Below, in pieces: positions 8,460-17,897 of a stretch of DNA of 64,000 nt. The first letter of the stretch is position 1. Every line of letters begins with the position of its first letter. The position numbers were made by a program, and so were the translations under genes. This DNA is from Bryobacteraceae bacterium (lineage in GTDB: Bacteria; Acidobacteriota; Terriglobia; Bryobacterales; Bryobacteraceae), in assembly GCA_035294665.1 (NCBI GenBank), contig DATGKM010000013.1:31406-95405 (forward strand). The letters are read 5' to 3'. The notes beneath the pieces were generated by a model. It saw only the letters and a list, made by a program, of their open reading frames with translations, was not told the origin of the DNA and did no database searches.

Positions 8460-10001
8460 ATGACAGCCCAAAAATCGAAAACCCAAAAAAACGGACTGTG
8501 GAGCCAAGGCAAGCCGGCCGGGCCCTGCGTGCTGGTCATCTTCGGCATCACCGGCGACCTCACCTCGCGCCTGCTCTTTCCAGCCCTTTACAACCTGGTT
8601 CACGATCGTTTCGTGCCGGAACAAATTGCCGTCGCCGGTTTCGCCTTGGGAGAAGTCAGCGAGCAGCAGTTGCGCGATTCGCTTGCCGGCAGTTTGCGCC
8701 AACAGTTCGGGCAAGAATGCGACCACGCATTGGTGGACAAGCTGGTATCGCGCGTACGCTTCGTTCCGTCCGATTTCGATTCCGACGAGGGCTGGCAAAA
8801 GCTGCGCCAGGTGCTTGCCGGACTGGATCGCGACTTTCAAACCGGCGGCAATTATCTGTTTTATCTCGCAACCGCGCCGCAGTTTTTTCTTCCGATAGTG
8901 CAGCGTCTGGCCAGCGAAGGCCTTTTCCAAACCAACGGCAACTGGCGGCGTGTCATTATCGAGAAGCCGTTTGGACACGATCTTGAATCGGCGCGCAATC
9001 TCAGCCGCGAGATCCTGAAAGTAATCCGCCAGGATCAGATTTTCCTCATCGATCACTACCTGGGCAAAGAGACGGTGCAGAACATCATGGTGTTCCGCTT
9101 CGCCAACGGCGTCTTCGAGCCGATCTGGAACCGCCGCTACGTGGATCACGTGCAGATCACGGTGTCCGAATCGATCGGGGTGGAACACCGCGGCCGTTAT
9201 TACGACCGCACCGGCGCGCTGCGCGACATGGTCCCCAACCATCTCTCGCAACTGCTCGCCTTGACGGCAATGGAACCGCCGGCATCGTTCTCGGCCATGG
9301 CGCTACACAACGAACAGGTGAAGGTGCTCGAATCGGTTCCGCCGATCGACCCGGAAGAGTGCCAGTGGTGCGTGGTGCGCGGCCAGTATACGCGCGGCAA
9401 AGTCGATAATCAGGCCGTCGCCGGATATCTGGAAGAGCCATACGTGGAGCCTCATTCGCAAACCGAGACCTACGTGGCTCTCAAATTTATGGTGGATAAC
9501 TGGCGCTGGGCGGGTGTGCCGTTTTATCTGCGCACCGGTAAGCGCTTGCGCAAACGCTACACGGAAATCGTGATTCGATTCCGCAACCCGCCGCTCACGC
9601 TATTCCGCCGCAGCGGCGCCACGCTGCCCCAGCCGAACCGCCTGGTGATCGCGATTCAGCCGCAGGAGGGCATCAAGCTGGAATTTGAAGGCAAGGTGCC
9701 CGGCCCGATGCTCGAAACCCGCATGGTGGATATGCACTTCGATTACCGCGATTACTTCGGCGTGGCCAACCGCACCGGCTACGAGACTTTGTTGTATGAC
9801 GCCATGATCGGCGACGCCAGCCTGTTCAAACGTACGGACATGATCGAGGCGGGCTGGAACATTATTCAGCCCGTTCTGGATGCCTGGGCGGCCGGCAAAG
9901 GAGGGCCAGTCCATCCCTATTTCGCGGGTACCGATGGACCGGAAGCCGCCGATCAACTGATCCGCCACGACGGGCGCGCCTGGAGACCTCTCTCGGAATA
10001 A
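8460..10001 (+). CDS. zwf: glucose-6-phosphate dehydrogenase
   Basis: IFGITGDLTSR and IDHYLGKETVQN motifs. 513 aa. Confidence 0.92.
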   Translation: MTAQKSKTQKNGLWSQGKPAGPCVLVIFGITGDLTSRLLFPALYNLVHDRFVPEQIAVAGFALGEVSEQQLRDSLAGSLRQQFGQECDHALVDKLVSRVRFVPSDFDSDEGWQKLRQVLAGLDRDFQTGGNYLFYLATAPQFFLPIVQRLASEGLFQTNGNWRRVIIEKPFGHDLESARNLSREILKVIRQDQIFLIDHYLGKETVQNIMVFRFANGVFEPIWNRRYVDHVQITVSESIGVEHRGRYYDRTGALRDMVPNHLSQLLALTAMEPPASFSAMALHNEQVKVLESVPPIDPEECQWCVVRGQYTRGKVDNQAVAGYLEEPYVEPHSQTETYVALKFMVDNWRWAGVPFYLRTGKRLRKRYTEIVIRFRNPPLTLFRRSGATLPQPNRLVIAIQPQEGIKLEFEGKVPGPMLETRMVDMHFDYRDYFGVANRTGYETLLYDAMIGDASLFKRTDMIEAGWNIIQPVLDAWAAGKGGPVHPYFAGTDGPEAADQLIRHDGRAWRPLSE

Positions 10002-10011
10002 GGAGTAACCA

Positions 10012-12144
10012 TTGCCCACCACCTCAATCGCTACTCTCAAAGAACTCTCGATCAATACCATCCGTTTCCTCTCGGCGGATGCCGTGCAGAACGCCAATTC
10101 CGGCCATCCCGGCATGCCCATGGGAGCGGCCGCCATGGCCTATACGCTGTGGACGCAGTTTTTGAAGCACAACCCTAAAGACCCCTTGTGGTTCAACCGC
10201 GACCGCTTTGTTCTTTCCGCCGGCCACGGCTCCATGCTGCTCTACAGTCTGCTGTATCTCACCGGCTACGATCTGCCGCTTGACGAAATCAAGCGCTTCC
10301 GGCAGTGGGGCAGCATCGCGCCGGGCCACCCGGAGCGCGGCCTCACGCCCGGCGTCGAAGTTTCAACCGGCCCGCTGGGGCAAGGCTTTGGCAACGGTGT
10401 GGGCATGGCGATCGCCGAGGCGTGGCTGGCGGCGCGTTATAACCGCCCCGGCTTTAACATTGTCGACCATTACACCTACGCGATCTGCAGCGATGGCGAC
10501 CTGATGGAGGGTATATCGCACGAAGCCGCGTCGCTGGCCGGCCATCTGAAACTGGGCAAACTCATCTACCTATACGATCAGAACCAGATTTCGCTGGCGG
10601 GCGCGACCGCCCTGGATTTCACCGAAGACGTGGCCCGCCGCTTCGAAGCTTACGGTTGGCACACTCGCACGGTGCGCGATGGCAACGATACGGACGATGT
10701 GGCGGCGGCTATCGAAGCAGCCCAGGCGGAAACGCGGAAGCCCTCGCTCATCCTGGTGCGCACGCACATCGGCTACGGCAGCCCCAACAAGCAGGACACG
10801 TTTTCCGCGCACGGCAGCCCGCTGGGCGAAGACGAGTTGCAGGCCGCCAAAAAAGCGCTGGGCTGGCCCACCATGGATAAGTTCTTCCTGCCGCGGGAAG
10901 CGGTGGATTTCTTCCGTCAGGCCGTTCCCAAAGGCGCCGAGGCGCAGCGCGACTGGCAAACCAAGCTGGCGGAATACCGGAAGGAGTATCCCAGCGAGGC
11001 CGCCGAATTGGAGCGCGCCATAGCCGGCAAGCTGCCCGAGAATTGGGCGGCCGATCTGCCGCGGTGGAAACCTGCCGATAAACCGCTGGCCACGCGCTCA
11101 GCCGGCGGCATGGCATTGAACGCTCTGGCCAAGCGCATCCCCAACATCATCGGCGGCTCGGCCGATCTGAATCCCTCCACGGATACCGCTCTCAAAGGCA
11201 TGGGCGATTTCCAGCCGCCCGAACTGGGCGGCCAATCCGTGCAGGGCGCCGTGGGCGGCGATTGGGATTACGCCGGGCGCAACCTGGCATTCGGGGTTCG
11301 CGAACACGCCATGGGCGCGGCCATCAACGGCATGGCTGCCCACGGCGGGGTAATTCCCTTCAGCGCCACCTTCCTCGTCTTCTCCGACTACATGCGTCCC
11401 GCCATCCGCCTGGGCGCGCTCAGCAAGCTGCACGCGGTGTACGTCTTCACGCACGATAGCGTGGCGTTGGGCGAAGATGGCCCCACGCACGAACCCATCG
11501 AGCACCTCGCCAGCCTGCGCGCGATTCCCGAGCTGACCGTGATTCGTCCCGCCGATGCCAACGAAACCGCCGAAGCCTGGGCCTGGGCCATCGAACACAC
11601 CTCCGGTCCTTCGCTGTTCGCTCTGACCCGCCAGCACGTGCCGCATCTCGACCGTTCCGCCGCGCGCGAGCCGGGAGTGGCCAAGGGAGCGTACGTTCTG
11701 GCCGACGACCAGGTAGGAACTCCGGACGTGATCCTGATCGGCACCGGTTCCGAAGTGGCGCTCTGCATGAAAGCGCGCGAGAAGCTGAAAGGCTACGGCG
11801 TCAAGGCGCGCGTAGTGAGCATGCCGAGCTGGGAGATTTTCGAAGCGCAGCCGGAGGCGTACCGCGAAAGCGTGCTGCCCAAAGCCATCCGCAAGCGGGT
11901 CACAATCGAAGCCGCCTCGCCCATGGGTTGGCGCAAGTGGGCCGGTGAGGAAGGCATCGTGATCGGCATCAACCGTTTCGGCGCGTCGGCTCCCGGAGAA
12001 GAAAACATGAAGCAATTCGGCTTCACCGTCGAGCACGTCACCTCCGCGGCCCTGCGGCTGATGGGCAAGAACCGCGAAGCCGAACGCGAATACGGAGCCG
12101 AAACCGCGGTGGCGCCTACAGCGGGTCACGAAGGGCACTCGTAA
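10012..12144 (+). CDS. tkt: transketolase
   Basis: [24 protein letters not shown] and [16 protein letters not shown] motifs. TTG start preceded by AGGAG at 10001-10005. Confidence 0.92.
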   Translation: MPTTSIATLKELSINTIRFLSADAVQNANSGHPGMPMGAAAMAYTLWTQFLKHNPKDPLWFNRDRFVLSAGHGSMLLYSLLYLTGYDLPLDEIKRFRQWGSIAPGHPERGLTPGVEVSTGPLGQGFGNGVGMAIAEAWLAARYNRPGFNIVDHYTYAICSDGDLMEGISHEAASLAGHLKLGKLIYLYDQNQISLAGATALDFTEDVARRFEAYGWHTRTVRDGNDTDDVAAAIEAAQAETRKPSLILVRTHIGYGSPNKQDTFSAHGSPLGEDELQAAKKALGWPTMDKFFLPREAVDFFRQAVPKGAEAQRDWQTKLAEYRKEYPSEAAELERAIAGKLPENWAADLPRWKPADKPLATRSAGGMALNALAKRIPNIIGGSADLNPSTDTALKGMGDFQPPELGGQSVQGAVGGDWDYAGRNLAFGVREHAMGAAINGMAAHGGVIPFSATFLVFSDYMRPAIRLGALSKLHAVYVFTHDSVALGEDGPTHEPIEHLASLRAIPELTVIRPADANETAEAWAWAIEHTSGPSLFALTRQHVPHLDRSAAREPGVAKGAYVLADDQVGTPDVILIGTGSEVALCMKAREKLKGYGVKARVVSMPSWEIFEAQPEAYRESVLPKAIRKRVTIEAASPMGWRKWAGEEGIVIGINRFGASAPGEENMKQFGFTVEHVTSAALRLMGKNREAEREYGAETAVAPTAGHEGHS

Positions 12145-12153
12145 CGCGCGCGG

Positions 12154-12705
12154 TTACCCCAACAATTCGCGCCGCCATACCTGGTATTGGGCCTCGCGCA
12201 GCGCCGCCAGGCGGCTCTTCACCTGGTTCAACCCGTAGACGCAGTATTCAAACTGCTCGGCCAGCCGGCGGAATAGCGGCGCGGCCTGGCGGTACTCGAA
12301 CTGGTCGAATGCCGCCACCACGCGGTACGACTCCTTGCCGGCCTTCACATAATCGATCATGCGATCCAGCCGCAGCCCGCGGCGTGGCAAGGCCGCCACG
12401 TATTCCGGGAACATGCCGGTCAGAAACAGGGTGAAATCGCCGATGTGCTTGCGCACTTCCCGCTCGCGCCCGAACGAAGGCGCATCCAGGAGCGGATTCG
12501 ATTCCAAAAGCATTTCGCCCACCTCCTCCAGCCGCTTGCCGCGCGCGTTGCGGACGCGGTACAGACGATCGACATGAGTAAAGTCCACCAACAGACCGGC
12601 GACATAGGCGGCCAATTCCCGGTCCGCGCCGAACTCGCGTTCCACCAGTTCGGCAAAAAGGCGCCGCAGCGGATGATTGGGGCTGATGGTGTTGCTGCCG
12701 CTCAC
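12154..12705 (-). CDS. hypothetical protein
   Basis: Protein-like composition across 184 codons. I trimmed the start to GTG 12703-12705 because the longer track ORF overlaps the thioredoxin gene on the other strand. No motif recognised. Confidence 0.45.
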   Translation of the reverse strand: MSGSNTISPNHPLRRLFAELVEREFGADRELAAYVAGLLVDFTHVDRLYRVRNARGKRLEEVGEMLLESNPLLDAPSFGREREVRKHIGDFTLFLTGMFPEYVAALPRRGLRLDRMIDYVKAGKESYRVVAAFDQFEYRQAAPLFRRLAEQFEYCVYGLNQVKSRLAALREAQYQVWRRELLG

Positions 12706-12780
12706 GATTGCATCATAGCGTCTCCGCGTGCGTCCGGCGGAGGCCGGCCCGCCATGGTAGCTTACAGCTAGAGGCTTCAC

Positions 12781-13206
12781 ATGATCCGTTTGTGTCCCAC
12801 TTGTGGCTCTAATAATCGCGTTCCTGCTAAACACTTGTCCGATACCGGTCGTTGTGGTTCCTGCAAATCCACGTTGCCGCCTGTCTCCGAGCCCATCGAG
12901 GTGGACGCGGCTGCTTTCACGGAGATCACCCGAGAGGCCAAGGTGCCCGTCCTCGTGGATTTTTGGGCGCCTTGGTGCGGCCCCTGCAAAATCGTTGCGC
13001 CGGAAGTCCATGAGCTTGCGCGGGAGATGGCGGGCCGGGGCTTAGTCCTGAAAGTCAACACCGAGGAATACCCGACTCTCGCCGCGCAATTCCGGGTTCA
13101 GTCGATTCCGTATTTCGTGCTATTGCGCCGCGGAATTATCTTGGCGGAGCGGACGGGCGTCGTTCCCCGGGCGGAAATGCGGCGATGGTTTGCGACGGCG
13201 GCGTGA
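12781..13206 (+). CDS. thioredoxin with N-terminal zinc-finger (Trx2/TrxC type)
   Basis: N-terminal CPTCGSNN...CGSCK followed by WAPWCGPCK. Confidence 0.85.
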   Translation: MIRLCPTCGSNNRVPAKHLSDTGRCGSCKSTLPPVSEPIEVDAAAFTEITREAKVPVLVDFWAPWCGPCKIVAPEVHELAREMAGRGLVLKVNTEEYPTLAAQFRVQSIPYFVLLRRGIILAERTGVVPRAEMRRWFATAA

Positions 13207-13215
13207 TCCCGCGGC

Positions 13216-13746
13216 TCAGTGAAACAACGCCGCGTGCAGCTTATCGACCGGCGGCTCGATGTACCCGATGCCGCGCCCGCAAATGGCGACGCCCGTCCAC
13301 AGCAGCAGCGAGAGAGCCGCGGCCAGCTTCACCACCCCCGGCGTGGAGGGCAATTTATCCAGCGCTTCGGTGTTGCGGTAGAGGCTCGACCGGAACACCA
13401 GCCCATGCACGAACACCAGCAACAGCAGCGACATCTTCGCCCAAAAGAAGGCGTTGTAGTAGTATTCTTCCGCTTTCGAGGAAGCCAGCAGCGCGCCACA
13501 CGTGAACACCAGCAGGAAACCGATCCGCTTCGGCCAGCGCAATTGGTTGATGACATCGCCGATCGAATAGCGCCGCAGCCCCAGCCCGAGCAGCCGCAGG
13601 TTCGTGAGGAAGATCATCCCGCCAAAGATGGCAATGAACACCAGATGCAGCGAGAGCACCACGGGATAGACATACCACGAGCCCCGCAACTCCGTAGGAA
13701 TCGTGGTGAACTGCAGCCACTGCGCAAACTTAAGAAGAGCGGACAT
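13216..13746 (-). CDS. small multi-TM membrane protein (tandem paralog B)
   Basis: Start MSALLKFAQW (ATG 13744-13746). Shares LRLLGLGLRR.S..DV and later blocks with the upstream gene. Confidence 0.55.
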   Translation of the reverse strand: MSALLKFAQWLQFTTIPTELRGSWYVYPVVLSLHLVFIAIFGGMIFLTNLRLLGLGLRRYSIGDVINQLRWPKRIGFLLVFTCGALLASSKAEEYYYNAFFWAKMSLLLLVFVHGLVFRSSLYRNTEALDKLPSTPGVVKLAAALSLLLWTGVAICGRGIGYIEPPVDKLHAALFH

Positions 13747-14177
13747 TATGCGAACCCTATAAAGATTCCGCCGAAGATGACTCCGGCCCACAGCATCAGC
13801 GAAAGCGAAGCCAGCAGCTTCGCGGAAGCGCCAGGCTTATCCGAGCCCACCATCTTGCGGTGCGCCGTATAGTGAAAGACGATGGCGGCCAGCAGGCAGA
13901 CCATTTTCAACTGAAATGCGCGATTGAGGTAATACATGTCCGGGTCGGAGGAAAACATCAGCGGCCCGGAAAGCAACAGGCTGACTAGGCCCGCCAGAGT
14001 CCACGGCGCCAGATCCCGCGCCAGATCCGCAACCTTCTGCCGCCGCAGTCCCAGGCCGAGAACGCGGAAATCCACCGCCGCGATCGTCCCCAGCGTCACG
14101 GTGAACCCGAGGATGTGGCAAACCTCCAGCGTCGGAAAAATCAGCTCCGACGAATTGAGCGGGTTCTCAATAAACAT
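13746..14177 (-). CDS. small multi-TM membrane protein (tandem paralog A)
   Basis: FRVLGLGLRRQKVADL block is homologous to the downstream gene. TAA 13746-13748 overlaps the next ATG by 1 nt (TAATG). Confidence 0.55.
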   Translation of the reverse strand: MFIENPLNSSELIFPTLEVCHILGFTVTLGTIAAVDFRVLGLGLRRQKVADLARDLAPWTLAGLVSLLLSGPLMFSSDPDMYYLNRAFQLKMVCLLAAIVFHYTAHRKMVGSDKPGASAKLLASLSLMLWAGVIFGGIFIGFA

Positions 14178-14225
14178 TCCATCCGGTACTTTATCGCGAA
14201 ACGGTGCGGCCGTGTGGAGTGGCCG

Positions 14226-14698
14226 TCAGTGCGTCATCGCGTACACTACGTAGTTCACCGCGATGCGAATGCCCAGCGCGGAGTAGCGCTCGGGATAACT
14301 GGGGTCGTCGGCCCATTCCCACGAATCGCCGGTGTCGTTGTTCACCCAAATGGCCACCTGCAGACGCTGGCGGTCGTCGTAGATCGCCCGCCAGTGCGGA
14401 ATCACGCCGCCGTTCAGGTACGGAATGCCCGACCCGAGAGACCATTGCCCGGAGATCTGATACCGATGTTCGAGATCGTAGACGGTGTGGAATGCGGGAT
14501 CGCCGTCCGGAACCTCGACGATCGGTACATCAGGCGCGCAAATACAAACTCGGTTTTGTCGCGGTAATCGGGCGGCAGTGGAAAATCGTTGTACTCCTGC
14601 CCCGGATATTCGCGAAACGGTTTTTGGAACGCCCAGGAGGTAATGGCCGTCGCGCAGAGGGCCGCAGACAGAAGCCAGCGGCCCCGGCGGGAACTCAT
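14226..14698 (-). pseudogene. DUF4159-family gene remnant with an out-of-frame internal deletion
   Basis: The N-terminal piece (signal peptide, FREYPGQEYNDFPLPPD...EFVFARLMY) is in one frame (track ORF 14414..14698). The C-terminal piece (PIVEVPDGDPAFHTVYDL...HWRAIYDD...INYVVYAMTH) is in another frame (track ORF 14226..14945). The junction is near 14520-14526. Confidence 0.55.
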
Positions 14699-14837
14699 CT
14701 ACCAATCTTACGCCAGCCATCATTCGTGCCTCAGAGCCGCCATCGGATAGGCGCGCGCGGCATAGACCAAGGCTACGGAGCAGCAGCTCACGGACCGATC
14801 GAACCGCACCCGCCCCTCGGCCGACCCGTAGTATAAA

Positions 14838-15398
14838 ATGGCTGCTATGCGATTGATTTCCATGACCGCTCTCTCGCTCGCGCTGGCTGCGGCCGGCATT
14901 GCCGCGATGGACGAGGGGAAGCCCTCCCCGCCGCTTACCATTCATCAGTTGAATGGCGGCACAATCGATCTAAGCCAGTACCGCGGTAAAGTGGTCGCGC
15001 TGGCGTTCATCGATACCACTTGTCCGCATTGCCAGCACCTTACCCAGTTGCTCAACGACATTTCCAAAAAGTACGCGGGCAAGCCGGTCCAGTTTGTGGA
15101 ATGCGCCTTTAATGACCAGGCGCAGCAGCTTCTGCCGCAATTCATCCAGCAGTTCCAGCCGAATTTCCCCGTCGGCTTCGCGCAGCGGCAGGCTGTGATC
15201 AACTATCTCAGCTATCCCGTTCTGCAGCCGCTGTACGTGCCGCATATGGTATTTCTCGATCGCCGGGGCATCGTTCGCGGGGACTACCTGGGTGAGAGCG
15301 ATTTCATGTCCCATCCCGATGTGCGCATCCCGCAGGAACTCGATCAACTGCTGAAGGGCGCCACGGCCACTTCGGCTTCGGCCAAGCAGAAGAAGTAA
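14838..15398 (+). CDS. TlpA-like thiol:disulfide oxidoreductase (redoxin) with signal peptide
   Basis: FIDTTCPHCQHL CxxC motif in a thioredoxin-fold context. N-terminal hydrophobic leader. Confidence 0.75.
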   Translation: MAAMRLISMTALSLALAAAGIAAMDEGKPSPPLTIHQLNGGTIDLSQYRGKVVALAFIDTTCPHCQHLTQLLNDISKKYAGKPVQFVECAFNDQAQQLLPQFIQQFQPNFPVGFAQRQAVINYLSYPVLQPLYVPHMVFLDRRGIVRGDYLGESDFMSHPDVRIPQELDQLLKGATATSASAKQKK

Positions 15399-15444
15399 AC
15401 GGGGCATCGCTAAGTAAGGGCAATCGCGAGTAAGGGCCATCGCG
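15394..15444. repeat. three tandem ~16-17 nt direct repeats (AGTAA(AC)GGGGCATCGC / AGTAAGGGCAATCGCG / AGTAAGGGCCATCGCG)
   Basis: Read directly from sequence. The first copy overlaps the redoxin stop codon. Confidence 0.7.
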
Positions 15445-15593
15445 CGCGTTGGCTCCCGATTTGCTCGACTAATGTAGCCGATAAAAAAAATTCGCTTCTC
15501 TTTTCGCGGCAGCTTGCTCACGCTAAAGAAATCCGCACCCCGGCTGCTGCGGTGGAGCCTGCGTCGGCTACAAACCCAAAATCCGGAGGTCCC

Positions 15594-16028
15594 ATGTGCG
15601 ATTATTCTCTGGCCGGCGTTCCCACGCGTCTGGCGGCCGCGGGCGATCAGTTGATGGTGTACCGTTTCCCCAGCGGCAGTCTCGGAATGGTTTCTGCAAA
15701 GCGCCGTTTCCGGGAGATCCTCTTCCCTTCGCTGGCATGCGCCGTTTGCATCCCTCCAGGGGCGCGACTGCGGCTCGAAGACATTCCGGCCGCCCTGCAG
15801 CAGCAGCTTGGTGTATCCGCCACCGAAGAAGTGGCCTTCACTCAAAGAACTTGGGAAGCCTACATACACCGCGATAGCGTGCGTTTCCGAAACGGCACGG
15901 AGGTTTCGCTGCAGCAACTACGGCGCGGGCAGCGCGTAACTGTCTTGAGCCTGGCCCCTGACGAACCGGCCGATGCGCCCGAACTTGCGGGCGAGCGCCT
16001 GGAACCGCTTACTTCGGCACGACTGTGA
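15594..16028 (+). CDS. conserved hypothetical protein starting MCDYSL
   Basis: ATG 15594 preceded by GGAGG at 15585-15589. From memory, I recall an uncharacterised bacterial family beginning MCDYSL. Confidence 0.55.
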   Translation: MCDYSLAGVPTRLAAAGDQLMVYRFPSGSLGMVSAKRRFREILFPSLACAVCIPPGARLRLEDIPAALQQQLGVSATEEVAFTQRTWEAYIHRDSVRFRNGTEVSLQQLRRGQRVTVLSLAPDEPADAPELAGERLEPLTSARL

Positions 16029-16305
16029 TGTTCGTAACGTAGTATTTCAGATTATTCACCACGACTGTCGCCTGAATGTGATCGCCCACGTGCAGCTTTT
16101 GAAAATCGGCGTCGGGCTTGATTGGATACTCCATGGTCATGGCTTCCATCCAATCGCCGATTTTGCCGGCATTGATGGTGGCGCTTTTAGTGGAAGGGTC
16201 CAGATCGCGAATTTCGCCCTGCATGGCATATTGCTTTGCCTGTTGTTTGGCGCCGCAGGCGGCCAGCGACAGGGCCAACGCCAGTAAGCCGATTTGTTTC
16301 TTCAT
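16009..16305 (-). CDS. CusF-like periplasmic copper-binding lipoprotein
   Basis: Lipobox LSLAAC. INAGKIGDWMEAMTMEYPIK resembles the CusF metal-binding MTM.F core. Confidence 0.65.
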   Translation of the reverse strand: MKKQIGLLALALSLAACGAKQQAKQYAMQGEIRDLDPSTKSATINAGKIGDWMEAMTMEYPIKPDADFQKLHVGDHIQATVVVNNLKYYVTNITVVPK

Positions 16306-16395
16306 AAAACTCCATCATCGCAGAAACGCCCGGGGCGAAGGGTGGCGGGGGCATGGTTTGATGGGACATGGCTCGGCGGGGCATCGCCTGGGGCG

Positions 16396-17721
16396 CTATC
16401 GCTGCGGGAAGTCATCGGAGTGCGTGGGGAAATCCGGGTATGCGCCTGCGCCGAGTTCGTGCAGATCCAGGCCCTGGCGCTCGGCCTCCGGCGCCACCCG
16501 CTGGGGCAGCACCAGATTGAGCAGTGCGTTCAACCCGTAGGCGAGCGGCAGCACAAAACCCAACAGTGCGGCCACCCCCACAATTTGCGCCACCCATTGG
16601 CCGGCATCGCCAGCGCCCCTGCTTTGGAAGCTTGCCGCCGGAAAGCGGGCAAACATGCCGGTGGCGATCAGACCCCAGATGCCGCCCACGGCGTGCACGG
16701 AAATGGCGCCCGCCGGATCGTCAATCGCCAGACGCGCCTCCAGGTTCTCGATGGCGATGGGAGTCAAAACACCCGCCACCAGCCCGATCAAAATCGCGGC
16801 CGCGGGCGGAATCAACGCGCAGGCAGCGCTCGCGGCCACCAAACCCGCCACCCAGCCATTCGCGGTGAGCGATGCGTCCGGCCGCCCGAAGCGCAGCCGC
16901 GTCACGATGGCGGTCATCAACGCCGCCGCGCCAGCCGCAAGCGTCGTATTGATTCCGATCAGCCCGATGCGCGACGCTTCCAAACCGTATAACAGCAGTG
17001 CGCCTGCGATGTTCATTCCGATCCATCCCACCCAGGCCAGCAGGCACCCGAAAATCACGAACACCGCGTGGTGGGCCGGAATTGCGGTGGGCAACCCGTC
17101 GGAGGTGTATTTCCCTCGGCGGGGCCCCAGGATCCATACCATGGCCAGCGCCGCGAGGCCGCCCGCGGTCTGGATGACGCCACCACCGCCCACATCCACA
17201 AAACCGTAGCCCAAGTGAAAGTTGTTACCGAGTTGCGCGAGCCACCCTCCACCCCATGCCCAGTGAGCAAACAGGGGATACGTGATGCCGGCCAGCAGCG
17301 CCGTGGACGCGCAGATCGCTCCCAGCCGCCAGCGTTCCGCCGCCGCGCCGCTGGGAATGAGAGCGCACAGCGAGGCCGCCAGAATCTGCATCCAAATCAC
17401 CACCGATTGCGCGGAGGCCAAATCCGCGCCGCGCAGAAACAACGGCTGCCGCGCCATCCAATTCCAATCCGTTCCCGCCACGCGAATCAGCCGGCCCGTC
17501 CCGTCCGGCAGGCCCTGCCAGGAAAATCCGCAGAACACATAGGCTACAGCCGCCACGCCGGCTATACAAAGAGAAGCCATCATCAGGTGAGCGGCATTGC
17601 GGGAGCGCGCCAGGCCCGTATTGAGGATTGCCAGACCGGCGAGCGCCAGCGGCATCAGCAGAACCGCGGCGGCTGCCATCAGCGCGGCTTCGCTGAGCGT
17701 CGCGTCACCGAAGCGGTTCAT
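16396..17721 (-). CDS. amt: ammonium transporter
   Basis: Amt family blocks (GGGVIQTAGGLAALAMVWILGPRRGKY, ISVHAVGGIWG). Start trimmed to MNRFGDATL (ATG 17719-17721). Confidence 0.88.
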   Translation of the reverse strand: MNRFGDATLSEAALMAAAAVLLMPLALAGLAILNTGLARSRNAAHLMMASLCIAGVAAVAYVFCGFSWQGLPDGTGRLIRVAGTDWNWMARQPLFLRGADLASAQSVVIWMQILAASLCALIPSGAAAERWRLGAICASTALLAGITYPLFAHWAWGGGWLAQLGNNFHLGYGFVDVGGGGVIQTAGGLAALAMVWILGPRRGKYTSDGLPTAIPAHHAVFVIFGCLLAWVGWIGMNIAGALLLYGLEASRIGLIGINTTLAAGAAALMTAIVTRLRFGRPDASLTANGWVAGLVAASAACALIPPAAAILIGLVAGVLTPIAIENLEARLAIDDPAGAISVHAVGGIWGLIATGMFARFPAASFQSRGAGDAGQWVAQIVGVAALLGFVLPLAYGLNALLNLVLPQRVAPEAERQGLDLHELGAGAYPDFPTHSDDFPQR

Positions 17722-17897
17722 CGCCGCCGCTCCTTCGCGGGCGTATGCGCCCGGAACACCATCCCCAGGCCGATCGCTCCCACGCCGATTCCCAAAAGCA
17801 CGAACAGCGCCTGGGGCGAAGGCTGCCGCAGCAGAACCAGCGCGGCCAGCACCAGAAACAGTCCGGAAAGCAACAGCAGAAATCCCGCAAGTTTCAT
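17718..17897 (-). CDS. small two-TM membrane protein, translationally coupled to amt
   Basis: MKLAGFLLLLSGLFLVLAALVLL...LFVLLGIGVGAIGLGMVF. Its TGA overlaps the amt ATG (ATGA). Confidence 0.4.
   Translation of the reverse strand: MKLAGFLLLLSGLFLVLAALVLLRQPSPQALFVLLGIGVGAIGLGMVFRAHTPAKERRR

Noticed and set aside
7292-8986. 564-aa plus-strand ORF spanning the ADH gene and the zwf upstream region
   Set aside because: It is antisense to a well-supported Zn-ADH gene. Its composition is Arg/His/Pro/Gln-rich and low-complexity, typical of shadow ORFs in high-GC DNA, and it has no recognisable motif.
12706-13011. N-terminal extension of the 285-aa minus-strand ORF
   Set aside because: It overlaps the clear thioredoxin gene on the opposite strand and has low-complexity composition. 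An in-frame GTG at 12705 gives a non-overlapping gene.
14970-15917. 315-aa minus-strand ORF overlapping the redoxin gene and the MCDYSL gene
   Set aside because: It overlaps two better-supported plus-strand genes and crosses the repeat-containing spacer. The sequence is low-complexity with no motif.
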